Below, in pieces: positions 25,554-40,018 of a DNA stretch of 64,000 bases. Under the pieces are notes generated by a model. That model saw nothing but the letters and a program-made list of their open reading frames with translations. It was not told where the DNA came from and made no database searches. Position 1 is the first letter of the stretch; every line of letters starts with the position of its first letter. A program made the translations under genes and the position numbers. The DNA comes from Acanthaster planci (lineage: Eukaryota), in NCBI RefSeq assembly GCF_001949145.1, contig NW_019091362.1:124001-188000 (forward strand), given 5' to 3'.

Positions 25554-28500
25554 CTTTAAGATGATTGGTATGAGGGACAGCACTGTATAAGCATGACAAT
25601 ACAGGAGCATCATGGTTAACATATCTGTGGTCATCCAAATCTCCTCCTGCCCTTCGCCCACAACATAGAAGAATTTTGGTAGCATTTTACAGTGAAGCAA
25701 ATGACTCGACTTCTAGACTGAGATGGAAACATTTGATAACTTTCAATAGTGATGAACAATGATTGTTTCTTTAATGGACTGAGGCTTTTTCACCTTAGAT
25801 TTTGATGGAAAAGTCATGTCTGACTTACAAGTATCCCTGTCCTCATCTATAAGGATTGCCTCTCCAAGTTAGAAAACACACTCTTTTTTCCAATCTTGTG
25901 GCCGCGCCCACCAAGTTCATGGATTTCCCACATCAAGTACTCAGGTAATGCACGTGTTTTGGCCCCAGACCTTATACACCAACCAACATTTAGATCTTAT
26001 TCACTGTCACGAACAAGTTGGTTACTGTGTCAGACTCACATGGAACCTCATAGCACATTAATGAGTTTCCTGTCGACCCATGAGTTTCACTTCAGTTTCG
26101 TCTTGTGTGCAGGTGATTGTAATCTAACATCAGGTAGAGCTAAGCCTAAGGAAATTAGATCAGCCATTTCAACTTGCCCCAGAAACTGTTTCACTGTTGT
26201 TTTCTAATATCTACCGGTTTTCCAAGCATTAATTCAGTTATTGGTTTCCAGCGATGATACTTGTACTTGCTGTTTGCACTGGACTGAAACATCTACTTAT
26301 TTCCTGTGTCTTTCATTGAATTTTTTCTAAGTTGAAAGAATTTGATTTCTCCAATTGATTAGTTTGCCTTTGTTGTGGCCTGTGGTCTTTTCTTTTCCGA
26401 ACTATGAATTTGTTTCGATTTATACAATGAAAAGGTCGTTGTTGAATTGTGTAATTGTTTGCTTCCACATTCAGTTAACCAGACCAGACTGGATAATTTC
26501 AAGAGTATTACATGCATTAGCCACTTATCACTCGATGCCATTGTTTATTGAATTGATGCCCTGCAAGGTGTTTTTGTGTTCGTCACCATGCATGTACATG
26601 TACATGTATGTTATATGCTTTATGACAGGTGTCTTGATTGATTTGATGAAACCATTTTTGAGCAGTAGCTGACAAGGCATCATTTTGAGGGTTGATGGTA
26701 TAACTTGGTTGATGACATTGCAGGGTTTTTTTCATTCCAAGATGCATCCTTCAACAATCTGCTTCCACCTGGTGTCTTGACATTGACAGACAAACTCAAT
26801 GTTATTACACCTGTTCACTGTCTATGCTTCAACCATCTTAACAGATTATTGATTATGTGTTACTTGCGTTAGTGGTAATGCATTAAGACTTGTTTTTGAT
26901 GAAATCCACTGACGTAAAGTGATGGGTGTTTGCCAGTGATTATTTCCCTCAATAAATTTGCTTGTCAGTCTAGCAGACTGGCATTTTATTCTTCAGTAAC
27001 AATTCTGTACTGGTACACTTCATGTGCTTGCATTTAAGACATCAGAATTTGAATTGCAGTAGTTTGTAAAGGTGCACTTTTATTCTTGGCAAAATTGTTC
27101 TGTTTGAGGTCTTGTTTTATTTCTTCCTCAGTTTTGAGTTTGGGGAATTTAATATCACAATTGAGGCATTAATGAACATGAAATTAATTTCTCTTTGTCT
27201 TAAATCACAATAAGCAGAAGACTGTAAATTCAAAAAGTCAAATTGATCTGATAACAGGTGAAATTGGGGGGAGGACCACCTGGGAGTTCAAAAAGGGGTA
27301 TCATCCCCCATCCCCCATAGCTACGCCAATGCTTATTTAGGGAGGAAGAAGATATGATTCTGTTTTTATCAGCGCATTTAATGGGCACACTCAACTTCTG
27401 TTGTCTTTCAATAACCTACATGTAACTCCCAGACAACTTGTCTGTCTACATATTAATCTGTTAGTCGTTCTTGTAACCAGAGTAGGAAGTTCAAAAGCTT
27501 CTGATCTTCAAATTTCCCACAAACTCCTTTAAAAATTAAAACCCAGAATTATTTTTAGGTTTTTACGTTTGCTGAAGGAAGAGATAATTTCTGGTGTTAG
27601 AGGTAGATCCAGTGCTTGTGCTAATCACTAGAAACTGCCAAGTCATTTTTGGTGTGGGCAAAACCTTCCCCGAGTGCCATACCAGAAGCTTTGAATTATT
27701 ACTTTTTTCTGTGAACAGTCAAGGTTTGGGAGTGAACTCCTGTTTCATCAGTGAGCTCAGACTGTCCCTAATTAGCTGCTTCCAATTGTTTGTAAAGGAG
27801 TGAAGCTGATAGAAGGTGACATATCACTAGGTGTGACCGCATGGCTGTAGAATCAGAAACATGTGGTGTAGACTACTTGTAGAATCCTAATGTTGTCAGG
27901 AATAAGACTGTGTTCATTCTCTGTAGTTACTTTCTATCACTCTGTATACGTATGTGTACTTCTCAAAGATAATCTCAAATACTGGATATTCCAGGCATAG
28001 TCTATTCAATGATTGAACAAGACTATCTCTGACTATCAAGAAATACATGTACTTTTCCTTTGGTATAATATTATTTTGTTTGTAGCACAATACAATTCCA
28101 AAAGAGTTAAAGATAAATCTTCATGTCGTTATCATATATCTGCATCTTCCTCATCGTAATAAGTTGCTCTGTGTCAGCCATAAATTGTTATAAAAACATG
28201 CATCTTTTCCTGTTCCTAACGGCAATGCTCAATAATCATCATGCAGCATTAGCAGTCAGCACAGGTTTGCAAGTCCCTTAGGAGGAAAGCACACACACAC
28301 ATCCAGGCAACCAACCCGGTACATGCATCAGTGGTAATTATAACAGCGGACATTGTCCCACTAACTATCAAATTTTCTACTTCCGTTTGGAATTAGCCTG
28401 GCCCGTTTTAATGGTTTCACTTCAGGTAGTACATGTATTTTATGTTTCACCAGGAATTTCTTGTGAACTTTGAATTCATGTTGAGAGGTTGGTCTGGTTG

Positions 28501-31500
28501 TGCATGAGTGTTGCCATCCTCTGGGGAGAGGAAGGGTGTTTTACTTTGTTTCCTGATGAGAGAAATCATAAGAGAAGCTATTGTGAAGAAGGAACAGGGT
28601 TGAATCAAACTGACTGTATTGGGAGTAGAAACTAACACTGACATTCATTTCAAACTCATGCACTTTGACTTGAGGGTGTGAATGATTGGCACATGCCCAG
28701 GGTAACGTTAAATTCACCCCAACAGCAGCCTTAACCTGATCCTGGTTACCAACTACACATAGGCAGCCAATGAATCTATTTATTTTATCAGAAACAACTG
28801 TGTTAAACTTAGAGAACCTGGAATTTTTATCTTTTGGATTTTTTTTCTTTTGAGAAAGACTCTGCAAGGATCAAAATGACAGTCACTGTAAATTTTCAAA
28901 ATTGTATAGTTTAGGTCATTCCGATGGAAAAGATTTAGATGTTGCTAATTTTTAAGAATCTTTTCTTTGAAATCCTTATCACATTAATGAGTGATGATGA
29001 AAGCTGTAGCCATTCAATGATGTCAGTCTCTAGTGGGTCACAAACAGCTACCACTGTACGGTGTACAGTACTCCTTCATTAACTCATGGATAATATTAAG
29101 CTGTTGCCTCTTATCCAGCCTACATGAAACAGCCTGTCAGGAACTACTGACGGTTATTCTTTCTCCTTAATCTCCCAACATTAAGTTGAATAATTTAGGT
29201 TTGCCTCTTTATGAGACATGAATTAAACAGAAGATTGGCTCACTTCAGCTTCTTTGCTAGTACACATGGTGTTCTAGCTACGCCAGTCGACACCAGTTGG
29301 GGATCTCTACCACTGTGTTCTACCATCCAGCACTAAGCTTGATAAAACAGCCCACCGACTGGCACAACAATCCTTAAAAATCCCAGAAATTAAATTAGTC
29401 ACTATGAAAATTTCATATTTTTACCTTTTAGAATTAAAACAATTTGAACTCGTAATCAATTTGGAAAAAAAAATCACTGAAAAAGCAATCAGGAATCCCC
29501 TAAAGCAGGCCTCTGTAAACCCCCCCCGGCAGTGACCAGCGAGACTCCCTCCCTCCGTTCGCCATTACTCAATTTTCCTGCACTAAAAATTTAAATATGG
29601 CTGGCTATAACATAATACTGAGTTCATGTACATGCGACATGCACATGTAGTTGAGGGGATGGTACCATGTTTGCCATGTCTAATTACAGCACTTTGATGA
29701 ACCAGCATTGACTATCTACACATCCACCAGTATCCTGTTTCCTTCTTAATTTCACATGATCATGGATATGATTATCCCTACCTAAAGATAGCGCAAAGAC
29801 TTCCCACTAAGATTGCTACATGTACTTGTGCATGTGCATCTCGGTCAGTTCATGTGTAAGTGGTGCACTTGGTGAAAGGGTCATAATGGCAGCAACTTTG
29901 CCAAATCTTGCAGTTGTTCGTGATATTTTAATCATCACCAAACCAGGATAACCTCCTTGTATCCTGCCAGTCTTTTTTTAACCTTTCATCCTGACTTACA
30001 TTGTCACCTGGCACCTGTTTTAACACCTAACCCAGCTTATAGCTTCAGTTGGCTTATGTCAGATTGCACAAGCTTAGGATTTGCACACGTAAGGAGACAA
30101 GAAAAGCTGTGCCAAGCCTCTACGCTTATGGTTCCACCGTGGGAGTATTCCTGTATCTCATCATAACAGTGAACAGAGACATAGTATGTTTAAAGCTACA
30201 GTCCATCATTTCTCATATGTGCACTGTGTTCGAGGCAACAAAAGTGCTCAAAACATAAAGAAGGGTGCTTTACGACTATGAAGTTTCAGCTCAGTGAATG
30301 TTTTATATTCTGAGAAAAACGATATTCTAGGATCTCAATTGCAATCAAAAGTTGCAGAGTCATGTCTTGAAGTGTGGCCAAATTCAGCTTCTGGGACATG
30401 CTCTCATTCAGCCAATTGCAGCTGTCCAAAGTTGAACACTGAATCAATGAATTATAGCAACTACCAACACGTGTCCATTGTGTCAAAGCTTGTGTGCACT
30501 CTACCAAAATAAAATGAACTACTAACAACAGTTTCCAAAATGCATCTTTAGACATATTTTTAGAAATGGCCTTCTTTCAGTGCTTTCTTAAAAATGACTG
30601 GTTGCTTGAAAGAATTCTTCAGGGAGGTTAGTACCATGACTGTCTTTATACCAAGTATGCTTTTCAACAATAATTCCATTAGTTACTTTATAGACAGCTG
30701 TCTTTATAGACACTGTCTTTTAAAGAAGGAGAATTTTATGTTGTACTGATCCTGTACTGCTTCATTTATAAACCCCTTATACTCATAGCAGCTCAAGTCT
30801 TTTACATTCTATCATCTTTTGCAGACAAGCCCAAACGTTTGGCTTACTTACCTGTAAACTGTTCTCATATGAAACCAATCTGTTATTTTGAATAACTACA
30901 GTTTGACTTCATCAGCTTCCCTGGTTTTTTACTCAGCAGCTTCAATTTCATTTCACACCCTGTGGCTCATTACAGGAGGAAACATGGAAGAATGTTTTTT
31001 GTATTGGTGTCATAATAGATCAGACACGAGCAGACAGGTACATTTAGAGTTCCAACAGGTGATAGCATATTCAATCTCCATGCCATGTTAAGCATCAGAA
31101 AATTGGCAACAGGTGGATGAAGTCCCAGTACAAATTCCAGAGGCATGGCAGCTTCTGATGCAGGGAGAGATTGAAAATGTGGAAAATACCTTATTCAAAG
31201 TAAGTCAAGGAAATATTTTCATCCCTCCTGGACAGATTAGAAATCTAAACTAAGATTATATTTAGATCATGGCACAAGACTCAACCTTGAACTACTAAAT
31301 AGATTTCATTGTAAATTTTATTACTTCAAGGAAGAAGGGAAGTCATTAATTTGGACATTTGGAAAAAGAACGTAGCCTCAAATTTTGCATTTTCATGGAA
31401 AGCTATTTTTGGAAAAAAATCTTGGATTCCAAAACTTATTCCGAAAATTATCGGGTTCATGGATTGAATACAAAAATGCACTGTGATAAGTAGTGATTTT

Positions 31501-33796
31501 CACATTTTGCTGGTCAAATGTGGAGCAAATCCTTTCTGGAAATTTGTTGCATGTACATGTACACAGAGTAAAAACGGAAGTATTTGTTTCACAGATCTCT
31601 CCCTGTGATTGATGGATTATACCAATTTACAGACAAGATGTTATTGACATTGTACTTGTATGGAATCCGTCATATTTGTTAAATTGCCTAATTTTTGAAA
31701 TTGTGCATTGTATTCCAAAATCTACTGGTACAGTATGGTGGGGGTGAACGTTTCTGGAAAAAAAAAGGGCACCCACCATTTCTGTTTGGTTGAGCTAGAG
31801 GAGTTGTAATTTTGGCTGTTGCTCGATTTACAATGTAAATGCATTAATACAGTCATGTCTGTGGGAGGACCAAAGTAACAGGTAATAACAGTTCTAATAT
31901 TTTGGACCAGTGAAATGCAAAACTTTAAATTTAATAGAGGAAGACATGATTGCGTCAGTGATCAGGTGTTTCGCTTACGGAGACCCAGACATCCACACGG
32001 GTCAGAGACTAGCTCACACAGACAGTCCTGATGGATTAGATTTAGACTGATTTCCTGCAGTTATGAACTTGGTGGAAGCTAAAGGATTGTCTTCTTCATA
32101 GCTAACTTTTGGATTCAGCTGTCATAACCTTAAACAAACCATGCATACCAGTGATGTGGATGCACATGTGTGTCTATTGAGAATCACTGTTCTCCTGCTT
32201 CAGCAAGTGCTTCAGCTTGTTAAATATGACGTGTGATAGATGTCTCGGGCTTTGTAGGGATGATGACCTCATCACACCCACCATATCGCTTTTCAAAGAT
32301 GTGCTGAAATCGTGTTTCTTAACCTACGTGCACATGTATTTTGTGGAATCACGATAAAAATAAACACATACACATGCATTTCCAGAGCTGAAGCACAAAA
32401 ACGTTTTTGTATTTCTGAGGCTCTCTATTTATTGCTCGACACTCGTAGCTTAAATTCACAGCAACGGTGGCAGAACGGTCTTCAAAATGGGAGGGGGGCA
32501 GTTGTGAGACCATTGGGCATCAGCCAGTAGGCCGATCCATTAAGCCCCAACCCATTATACATGTATGACCTGCAAAAAGTGGAGAGGCCATCCCCCCTTC
32601 CACCACCAGTGGTTCACAGGTGTGTCAAGACTTCTAGTCTCAGTTCTCTTTGAGTGTCCCTCTCCCTCCCCCACACACACTCAGTTACCAGTTACTAAGC
32701 TGCTCAAGAGCAAGGAAACTACCGGTATACGTACCAATTAGCATTCACCCTGGACAGGGAATTCCAACATTTAAATAAGCATTGTCTAAAATTGTATCAT
32801 AACAGTCTTGGTTGCCATCTGTAAGCTTTCAGAGTGCATTAAGTAGTTGATGTTTGCCAGTCCAGCCTCTCTTCCAACAGAACTGTGCAACACATACGTG
32901 TACGGGCTTAAGTGGAAGAACTGGATTTTCACCATTACAATATTTGTAGGGTACAGAGCTTAAGCGGAATTGTTATTTAACTAGTCCCCTCCCCCATTAT
33001 CTTGTAGAAGAGACTTTCTTAATGCTGTGCATTTTGTTTTGTGTCCACCTGAACTCACTGAAGTGTCTATAGAATGCTTAGGCAGTCTTTTGTTTTGGTT
33101 TTATTATTGAACAGGCAGATTTTAAAAAATAGCACAATGAAAATTTTCCAAACAGGGAGAAGTTGCCATTAAGCCAGTCATTTTGCTCCAACCATGCTCA
33201 AACTTGGGAGAGAATCTCTTGATAATATTCTTGGATGGTTTTCAAACTTGCTGGATGGACAACCTTTTGTCTGTTGTAACCTGTGTTCCCATTAGGAATT
33301 CATCCGTTGTCAGCTCATGGAATGGGATCTTTGCAAATGTCAATCCAAGACTCTCCACCGGTAGCACCACCCCTTCCCCAAGAGGGGACGTGCCTTGCAC
33401 TGGGTCAAAGGTCAGAGGGAAGTTACTCAGCATCTGGGACTAAGCTCAAGGTTGATTTAAATCAACTAACAAGATAAACATTGATAAATTGTCATTTATT
33501 TATTGTGTTATTCATCAACACTAACAGGCTGCTTGGAAACTTATTCTAGATTAATTAGTTAATTGGAGGTGTTATAATATAAAGGATTTCAAATTTGTTT
33601 ACATTCACCGGCTGTTAAAGTTGAGAGTAGAAGTTCCTCTACAAGCATTAAAATTTGTATTAGTTGATTTTTTAGCCATCTGAATATGGCAACAATAGTA
33701 TATAGCAACAATTTAGGACTAAAACCTGCATGTACATGTCTGCATGTATAGTATTGCCCCAAGACTACTTTGACAGTTTTGGCCGCTGCACCGTGC

Positions 33797-34185
33797 AGGC
33801 CACATGCACTGGCATGTACAGCCGAATAGCCTTACCAGAAGAGGGCACTATATTCAAAAGAGGTGACCTGCCAAAAACTAGTCTTGTAGAAATCTAGCAG
33901 GTTACCCTTAAAAATTCTGAGCATACATGTGCCTCACACGTTCAAATTACCATGAATAATTGCTCATGCGCACTGCCGAAAACTGCAGTCTACATGACAT
34001 GTGGTCTTCTGCAGTGCGTAAGGGCATTATTATTAATGAACTTGAATGCATGAGGTATGCTCAGAATTTTGTGGGTAAGCCCGTCAGATTCTACAAGACT
34101 GGTTTTCTGGCAGGTCGTCTCTTGTGAATATAGCGCCCTCTACTGGTAGTGCTATTCGGCTGTGCTTTCCAGCGCATGTAGGCCT
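33797..34185. mobile_element. Long foldback MITE-like element (about 390 bp; arms about 190 bp)
   Basis: Arms pair along their length: ACAGCCGAATAGC / GCTATTCGGCTGT, AGTCTTGTAGAA / TTCTACAAGACT, AAAATTCTGAGCATAC / GTATGCTCAGAATTTT. Confidence 0.75.
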
Positions 34186-34266
34186 ACTGTTTGCTCTATA
34201 ATTTGGGAGTCTCCTCTGCTGCTGCATGTAGGCCTACTTCTTGCTCTATGACTTGGAAGTCTCCTC
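34174..34266. repeat. 50-bp-period imperfect tandem duplication overlapping the end of the foldback element
   Basis: GCATGTAGGCCTACT..TTGCTCTAT.A.TTGG.AGTCTCCTC at 34174 and 34224. Confidence 0.75.
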
Positions 34267-37200
34267 GTTTTGGAAGCTACAGTGTGTGTTAGGTTCATAT
34301 CTGATATCACAGACCTACGGTCGAATGTTTGTTCTAGATTACTCCAATAATGCCTAGTATCGTTGAGCAAGGCATTTTACTGTAATGACATAGTAAGTGC
34401 ATGTACTGTACACCCTTCTCTGTCCCTCATTACTCGTTTAACCCATTGTTTGTACTTGTACTGTAGACTCGACTGGTATCACTCAAGTGTAAGGGGCGAG
34501 TATACCTGTCGCCATGGCTGACAGAAATCACCAGAACATGTTTAAATGCCCTCTACGTTGTAACACAGGAAATCCTGTAATGCTTACATGTCATCCAGCA
34601 TGCATGTTACTCAATAATTTAGATTTCAGTGCAGTTCACTGGACTTTTCTTACCACAAGGATATAGTGTTGGCAATTGAACTCTGGTTTGTTCAGCATTC
34701 CTACCTGAGAACCTGCATGCCATGTATTTTCATACGTAGTATTCAGAATCGTGTACAGTGTTTCCTTTTTTCCTTTTAATTCACCCTCCCACATTGATGA
34801 GTAAATCAACAAAGTTAACAATGTTTGACATCAAATTCTGCATTTGCATGTTTTATGAGTGTATTTGTCATAACTTTGGGGAGATGTTTACAGTGCAACA
34901 GATAGGTTTCCAGCCAATTCATGTCCACAGATTCATACACACTTCGCTTTCATTCACTTGTTTCAACAAGGGTCTTCAAGAGTTTCTTATTACCCTTGGA
35001 TGAACCATGACTGGTCCCCTCTGAGACTGTGCTGATCAGGTCAATCAACATGATGTAGTCTCTGGGATCTCTGATTCACTTTCGTCATGGTTTTGGATTG
35101 GTTTTGAGACAATCTGAAGCTGCCACACTTTAGTGGAAATTTTCTCTTCCATCTTAATCGGGGAGAATTGGATCCTATCGAGCTATTAAAGACTTTACTG
35201 TCTCAAAAATTGCTTTTCATTGCTTGAAATCACATGAAGGATCTTGTTCAAATTGCAACAGTTTTGGCTTTATATAACTGCATTAGAATTGTGATCTCCA
35301 TACGTGATTTTGGCAAAAGGTGGATTTGACTTTGCCAATCTCAGCATGTGCCTCATGTTCATTTTCATCATTTGAAATTGAAAATTACCTGCAGTCGTAC
35401 AGAACGCTGACCTCATGTTCTCGATTCTGTCTGTCTTGTTGGAACGTGCATCCATGATCATGTGGGTGCCTGGATGTAGCCGAAACACGGGTCAATTAGT
35501 CATCAATACCGGGACCTGTCTCGAGCTCCCACAAGGAACTTTCAATGCATATGCTGCCAGGAACTTGAAAGAATGCTCCTTTACTGATGTCAGCCACAGT
35601 CTCCTGGATGGACAGAGCCGTGCTTACCCTCAAGAAGTGGACTTGCTTTCTTTGATTTGTCAAATATGAGTGTGATCCCAGTTGTACATAGCATAGATAG
35701 CTGTGTGCTGATCAGTAGCTCCACCTACAAAGGCTTTGCAAGTTCTGTCATTTTCTGCAAGGTAGGAATTAAAGTTTTGTCTTTGACAAGGACAAGCGCA
35801 CTGTCCAAATTCAACAGTCAACGTTGAATTATAAGGTCGTCAGTCCCAGTTTTTGTGATTTGTGTGCAGTGGATTTTGGTAGATCTTGCAGAATCTCCGG
35901 CAGGACTGTGCTCCCTTGGTACTTTTCAGCTTTTCTGTTGTATCTCTACATGTATATTCAGATGCAATCCGCTCATACCAATATATTAGTAGCTGTACAC
36001 ATTCAGCTGAAAGTTGCTGTCTTCATTTGTTGCCATTTGTTGCCATTTGCATGCGTTAATGTGTCATGCAATTTGAAAACCACTCTGCAGTTTCTGAAGA
36101 ACCTTTATAGGGTCCATGTTGAAGGGAAGGTTCTCAGGTTTTGGATTTGGTTGATCAGCTCTGCCTACCTTCCACGGGAGAGCTTTTTCTTTTTCTTGGA
36201 ATGGTCTGTTATGTCCATTGGGCCCATTTGTTTTCATTGCATTTATAAGCACATATTCTCTTCTTGTTTGATTTCATAATTGTCTTTCCTCAGGGAATAA
36301 GGTTTGACGTCTCTTTTCCACAATTCTTTGACCTATGACTTGATCTCTAGACCCTTTTATTGATCCAGTTTGGTAATATCCGTACATGTACGTTTAGGCC
36401 ATTGGTCATTTGGCTAGTGATATTTGATCACAGCATAGGCGGTGACCGGTGTGGGACACAATTTCTTCCTGATGAGTAACAGTGTCATCGTCGTCCGTCC
36501 CTTCCCCAAGCCCTGTCATTTTCCCCTCCCCCAGTAGGATATTCATAGCAATGATCCTAACAGTTTGCAGAAGTCTTGATGTACATGTACATATCGGTGT
36601 TCTTTTTACAACAGCCAACCATGTATACTCATTTCGGCCTGTGTCTGTAGAAATTATAAACAACTGACCAAAAAATCAAATGTGTTTAAGCCAATGTGAC
36701 CTCTGTGCATGATTACCCCTTCGCTGTTGAAACAAGAGATACTGGTAGGCTGCAATCCTGGACAAATCTCATTGGGCCTCCCACCCCCAGACCCCCTTAC
36801 AATGTTGGGTCTATGCATGAGGTCTGTCCCCGGCTTGACTTTACAACATTGACCGGGTTATTATCAAGATGTATTATATATAATTGACCGGGTTAGTTGG
36901 GGAGGGGGCTAGAGAGCATATGGCTATTGCCAAATGTCCCAACAATTTTGTCCAGAATTGTAGGCTGGTACCCAGATGCCATTGTTACTTTGCTAACCTA
37001 CACGTATAGCGCCCATGTTCAAACTCAGCTGTAGTAGGGTTGAAATTTTGTCATGTAGTCTTCACTCTACGTGTACATGTACATATGATGAAGAGTATGG
37101 TTAAGCGATAACGAATTAATTTAATCTAAATTCAGTTGAAATTCACCAGCCTTTTCCATACTACGTGTACCTCATTACAGGAGCAGTAATTTTACTCTGC

Positions 37201-37940
37201 TCTGCAGTACTTGTGCATGGGAAATATACATAACATGCATAGCCATATGCATTGGCACACATTACTGGTTGTTTTTTGTGTGCATTTGTTATTTTCGTTG
37301 CTGTGGGTATGGCACATGTACATGTACTTTGACTGCTAGGAGTACAGTACACATACATGTATGTACTTTAAGCTGTGCAAAGCAAGACAGCAAAACTAAC
37401 AAATGCTATATGACTGGCTTTTGACTAATCATGATACAGAATCTGTGGGTGAGGTGTTATGATAAGGTTTGTACTTCAATAGAGTGCCAAAGTGTGGCAT
37501 CATTTTGAACTGGAAAGTGTGGTGCAAATGGACGGAGGGCAGCGCGTGTTGGTTCATACACTGGCTTTCCCCACGTTCCTCTTAGACATAATCGTGCGTG
37601 TGACATATTCACTTTGGTACTCAATATCAGTGTGAAGGTAAATGATACACATGCATGTATATAGCCAAATCAGGTGTCTTCTTGTCCGTAGCTTTGGTTT
37701 AAGACTAAAGTGCATTGCCATAGACTAGCCAAGCCATTGATTGTTATGTCAGCTTTGGGTATCTCCCGTCACAAATCAGCACAAGTTAGCCACTTGCTTA
37801 TAATTTAACCCTAACAGTCCCAAATCCTCCAATTTCAATACGATTTTACATACACCCTTTGGGGTTAGGGATAAGCTGCTTCTGGTCTTTGCTCTTAAGT
37901 CACATTGCCAAGGCTTAAATCTTGGTTTTTAATCTCCTAG

Positions 37941-38072
37941 GTTGGGCAGGAGGAAGTCATGAAGGAAAAGACGATGCTCTTGGAGAGATTACGAATCTTG
38001 GAAGCGGAGAATTCAGCTCTGGTCCTAGAGAATGAGAATCAAAGGGAACAATATGAGAAATGTCTTGATGAG
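37941..38072 (+). CDS. NCKAP5: NCKAP5-like coding exon, 132 nt: VGQEEVMKEKTMLLERLRILEAENSALVLENENQREQYEKCLDE
   Basis: Acceptor ttttaatctcctag, donor gtgggt. Near-identical to the recalled NCKAP5/NCKAP5L signature LLERLKALEAENSALALENENQREQYERCLDE. Confidence 0.95.
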
Positions 38073-38482
38073 GTGGGTTGAACATTAACATTCTCCATTA
38101 CTAAAAACAGATCTATATACTGATTTATAATTTGCTAATTCTTTTAAAAATTTAAGACTGCTTAAAATATGTTTAAATTGTCCTCTTCCTTTAAAATCCC
38201 ATAAACGAACCAGTGGATTTGAAGAACACAGGATTAGTTAGACAAATTGTGTCTTGGATGGTTGTGTGGATGTATTTATTTAAGCTGTGAAAATTATTTA
38301 TTTATTGAATAAAAATAACTTTGAGTACAAATAGATCACATTTTGCCATTCTTTTTGTTTTAAAATTCCTTAACTCTCCTAGCTTCATTAACAAGACGGA
38401 GTGAAACTTTAATGAACATTCTTGTCACGATCGGCAAAGCTCAGGAAACATGGGTTGAATAAGATCATTTTTTATCCCACAG

Positions 38483-38521
38483 GTGGCCAATCAAGTAGTT
38501 CAGGCACTCTTGATGCAGAAG
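38483..38521 (+). CDS. NCKAP5: NCKAP5-like coding exon, 39 nt: VANQVVQALLMQK
   Basis: Acceptor ttttttatcccacag, donor gtaagt. Continues the family signature VANQVVQALLTQK. Confidence 0.95.
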
Positions 38522-39677
38522 GTAAGTAGGAATTAAAAACTGTGAAAGTCTTCAGTGACGTGTCTTGAATGTCAAAGCAGATCTCCTTAGGCAGGAGAGG
38601 AACTCAGGCAGATTGCTCGCAGCCTCATTTTTCTTTGATTCCAGAATGGTTTCGGTTTCAATCACTGACAAGTTTTCAAACAGAAATTTATTTACTTTTA
38701 ATGATAAGTGTAAATGCCAACTGTCATTTAAGCATCAAGATGTGCATCTGGTGAGTTAGCACTGTTGCATTATTACCCAGTGACACATAACGGAAACTTC
38801 AGGCGGTTACGTTACACTTCACCCCGCTCACACCAAAGTCAGCCCTTTCCAACTTGAATTACCACTGAAGTTAGAAAGTACACCCTCTAAAGTTTCAACT
38901 GTGACTCATCGAATCAAGAGTCGCTGCTTAGAGTATCGGTCTGGGAATCTACCAGGGAGATGATCATGGGATTCAAACACTCTTGGGCTTCTAAACATTG
39001 GGGGAAAGGAAACAGGTCCAAAAGATACCCATTAAATCATCTCTTGACAGCTGTCCCACCCAGCCCAATCTAGATCCACTCCTTGCATTTTTTAGTGATA
39101 AAGTGATCTGCTTAAACAAAAGCTGTTGACAGTAATGCACCTGTCATGTTTAGTGTTTCACACATTCATTCTCTTGTACAACTTTTTTCCATGTAGGGGC
39201 ACTTCACACCCTTGGTGTAGGGAAGTATTCCTGCCTACACTCAAAATTGTCACATTGTATTGGGCTTTGGATAAACATGTATACATGTACCTGTTTGACT
39301 GTTTCAGTTTGGTACAAGATGTCATTGATATAGTGATAGCAGTTGGTTGTTTTTTTTCACCTGATTCTAAGTTAACTGGCTTGGAAGTGTTAATCTGGAG
39401 CTGCTTATTTTACACTGTGAGTATCTGTTTGTTTGATAAGGATTTAGTCATTTGCCGGCTGTCTGCTCCTTGTCTTTCACTGCTATGAATCACATCAACA
39501 GGTTAATTTGTGTTATGGTTCATCTGTTAGTGGTTAGTATTAGCTGGGTGCCATAGTGGCGGTCGGGTGTTGTAGACTGTTATGTCAAATCCTCCAATAT
39601 TAATATGAGTTTACACACACACACCCTGTGCAATTAGAGTTAATCTGCTTATAAGTTTTAAGAAAAGAGAACTCTTA

Positions 39678-40018
39678 AGACCTTTTCATGCTAGATGAAT
39701 CTCCAGGGTGTTGCAAGGGTGACGCAGGGTTGAAAGCTGGCGACAATTCACGCTTGAACATTTCAACCCCAGGCCAACCCTGTGTCAGCCCTGAGATTGA
39801 TTTCAACCTAGGTTGAAATCAACCCTGCTCTGGACCAGGGTCCAGTTTTTCAACTTAAGTTAGAAATTATCCAAGCTCATTTTCGGGTTGAAGTCACCCC
39901 GATAAGCTTGAAACAAGTGTGAAACAATGCTGGAATCAAATGTACGACCCTGGGTGGTCCTGTGTTGGCCCAGAGTTGAGTTCAATCAGGGTAGAGAGGC
40001 TGGAGTGTGAAAAGGCCT
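39678..40018. mobile_element. PIF/Harbinger (Tourist-like) MITE, 341 bp
   Basis: TIRs AGACCTTTTCATGCT / AGTGTGAAAAGGCCT (12 of 15), flanked by TTA on both sides. Internal (C)AACCCTG/CAGGGTT subrepeats and a perfect 26-bp palindrome at 39797-39822. Confidence 0.7.
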
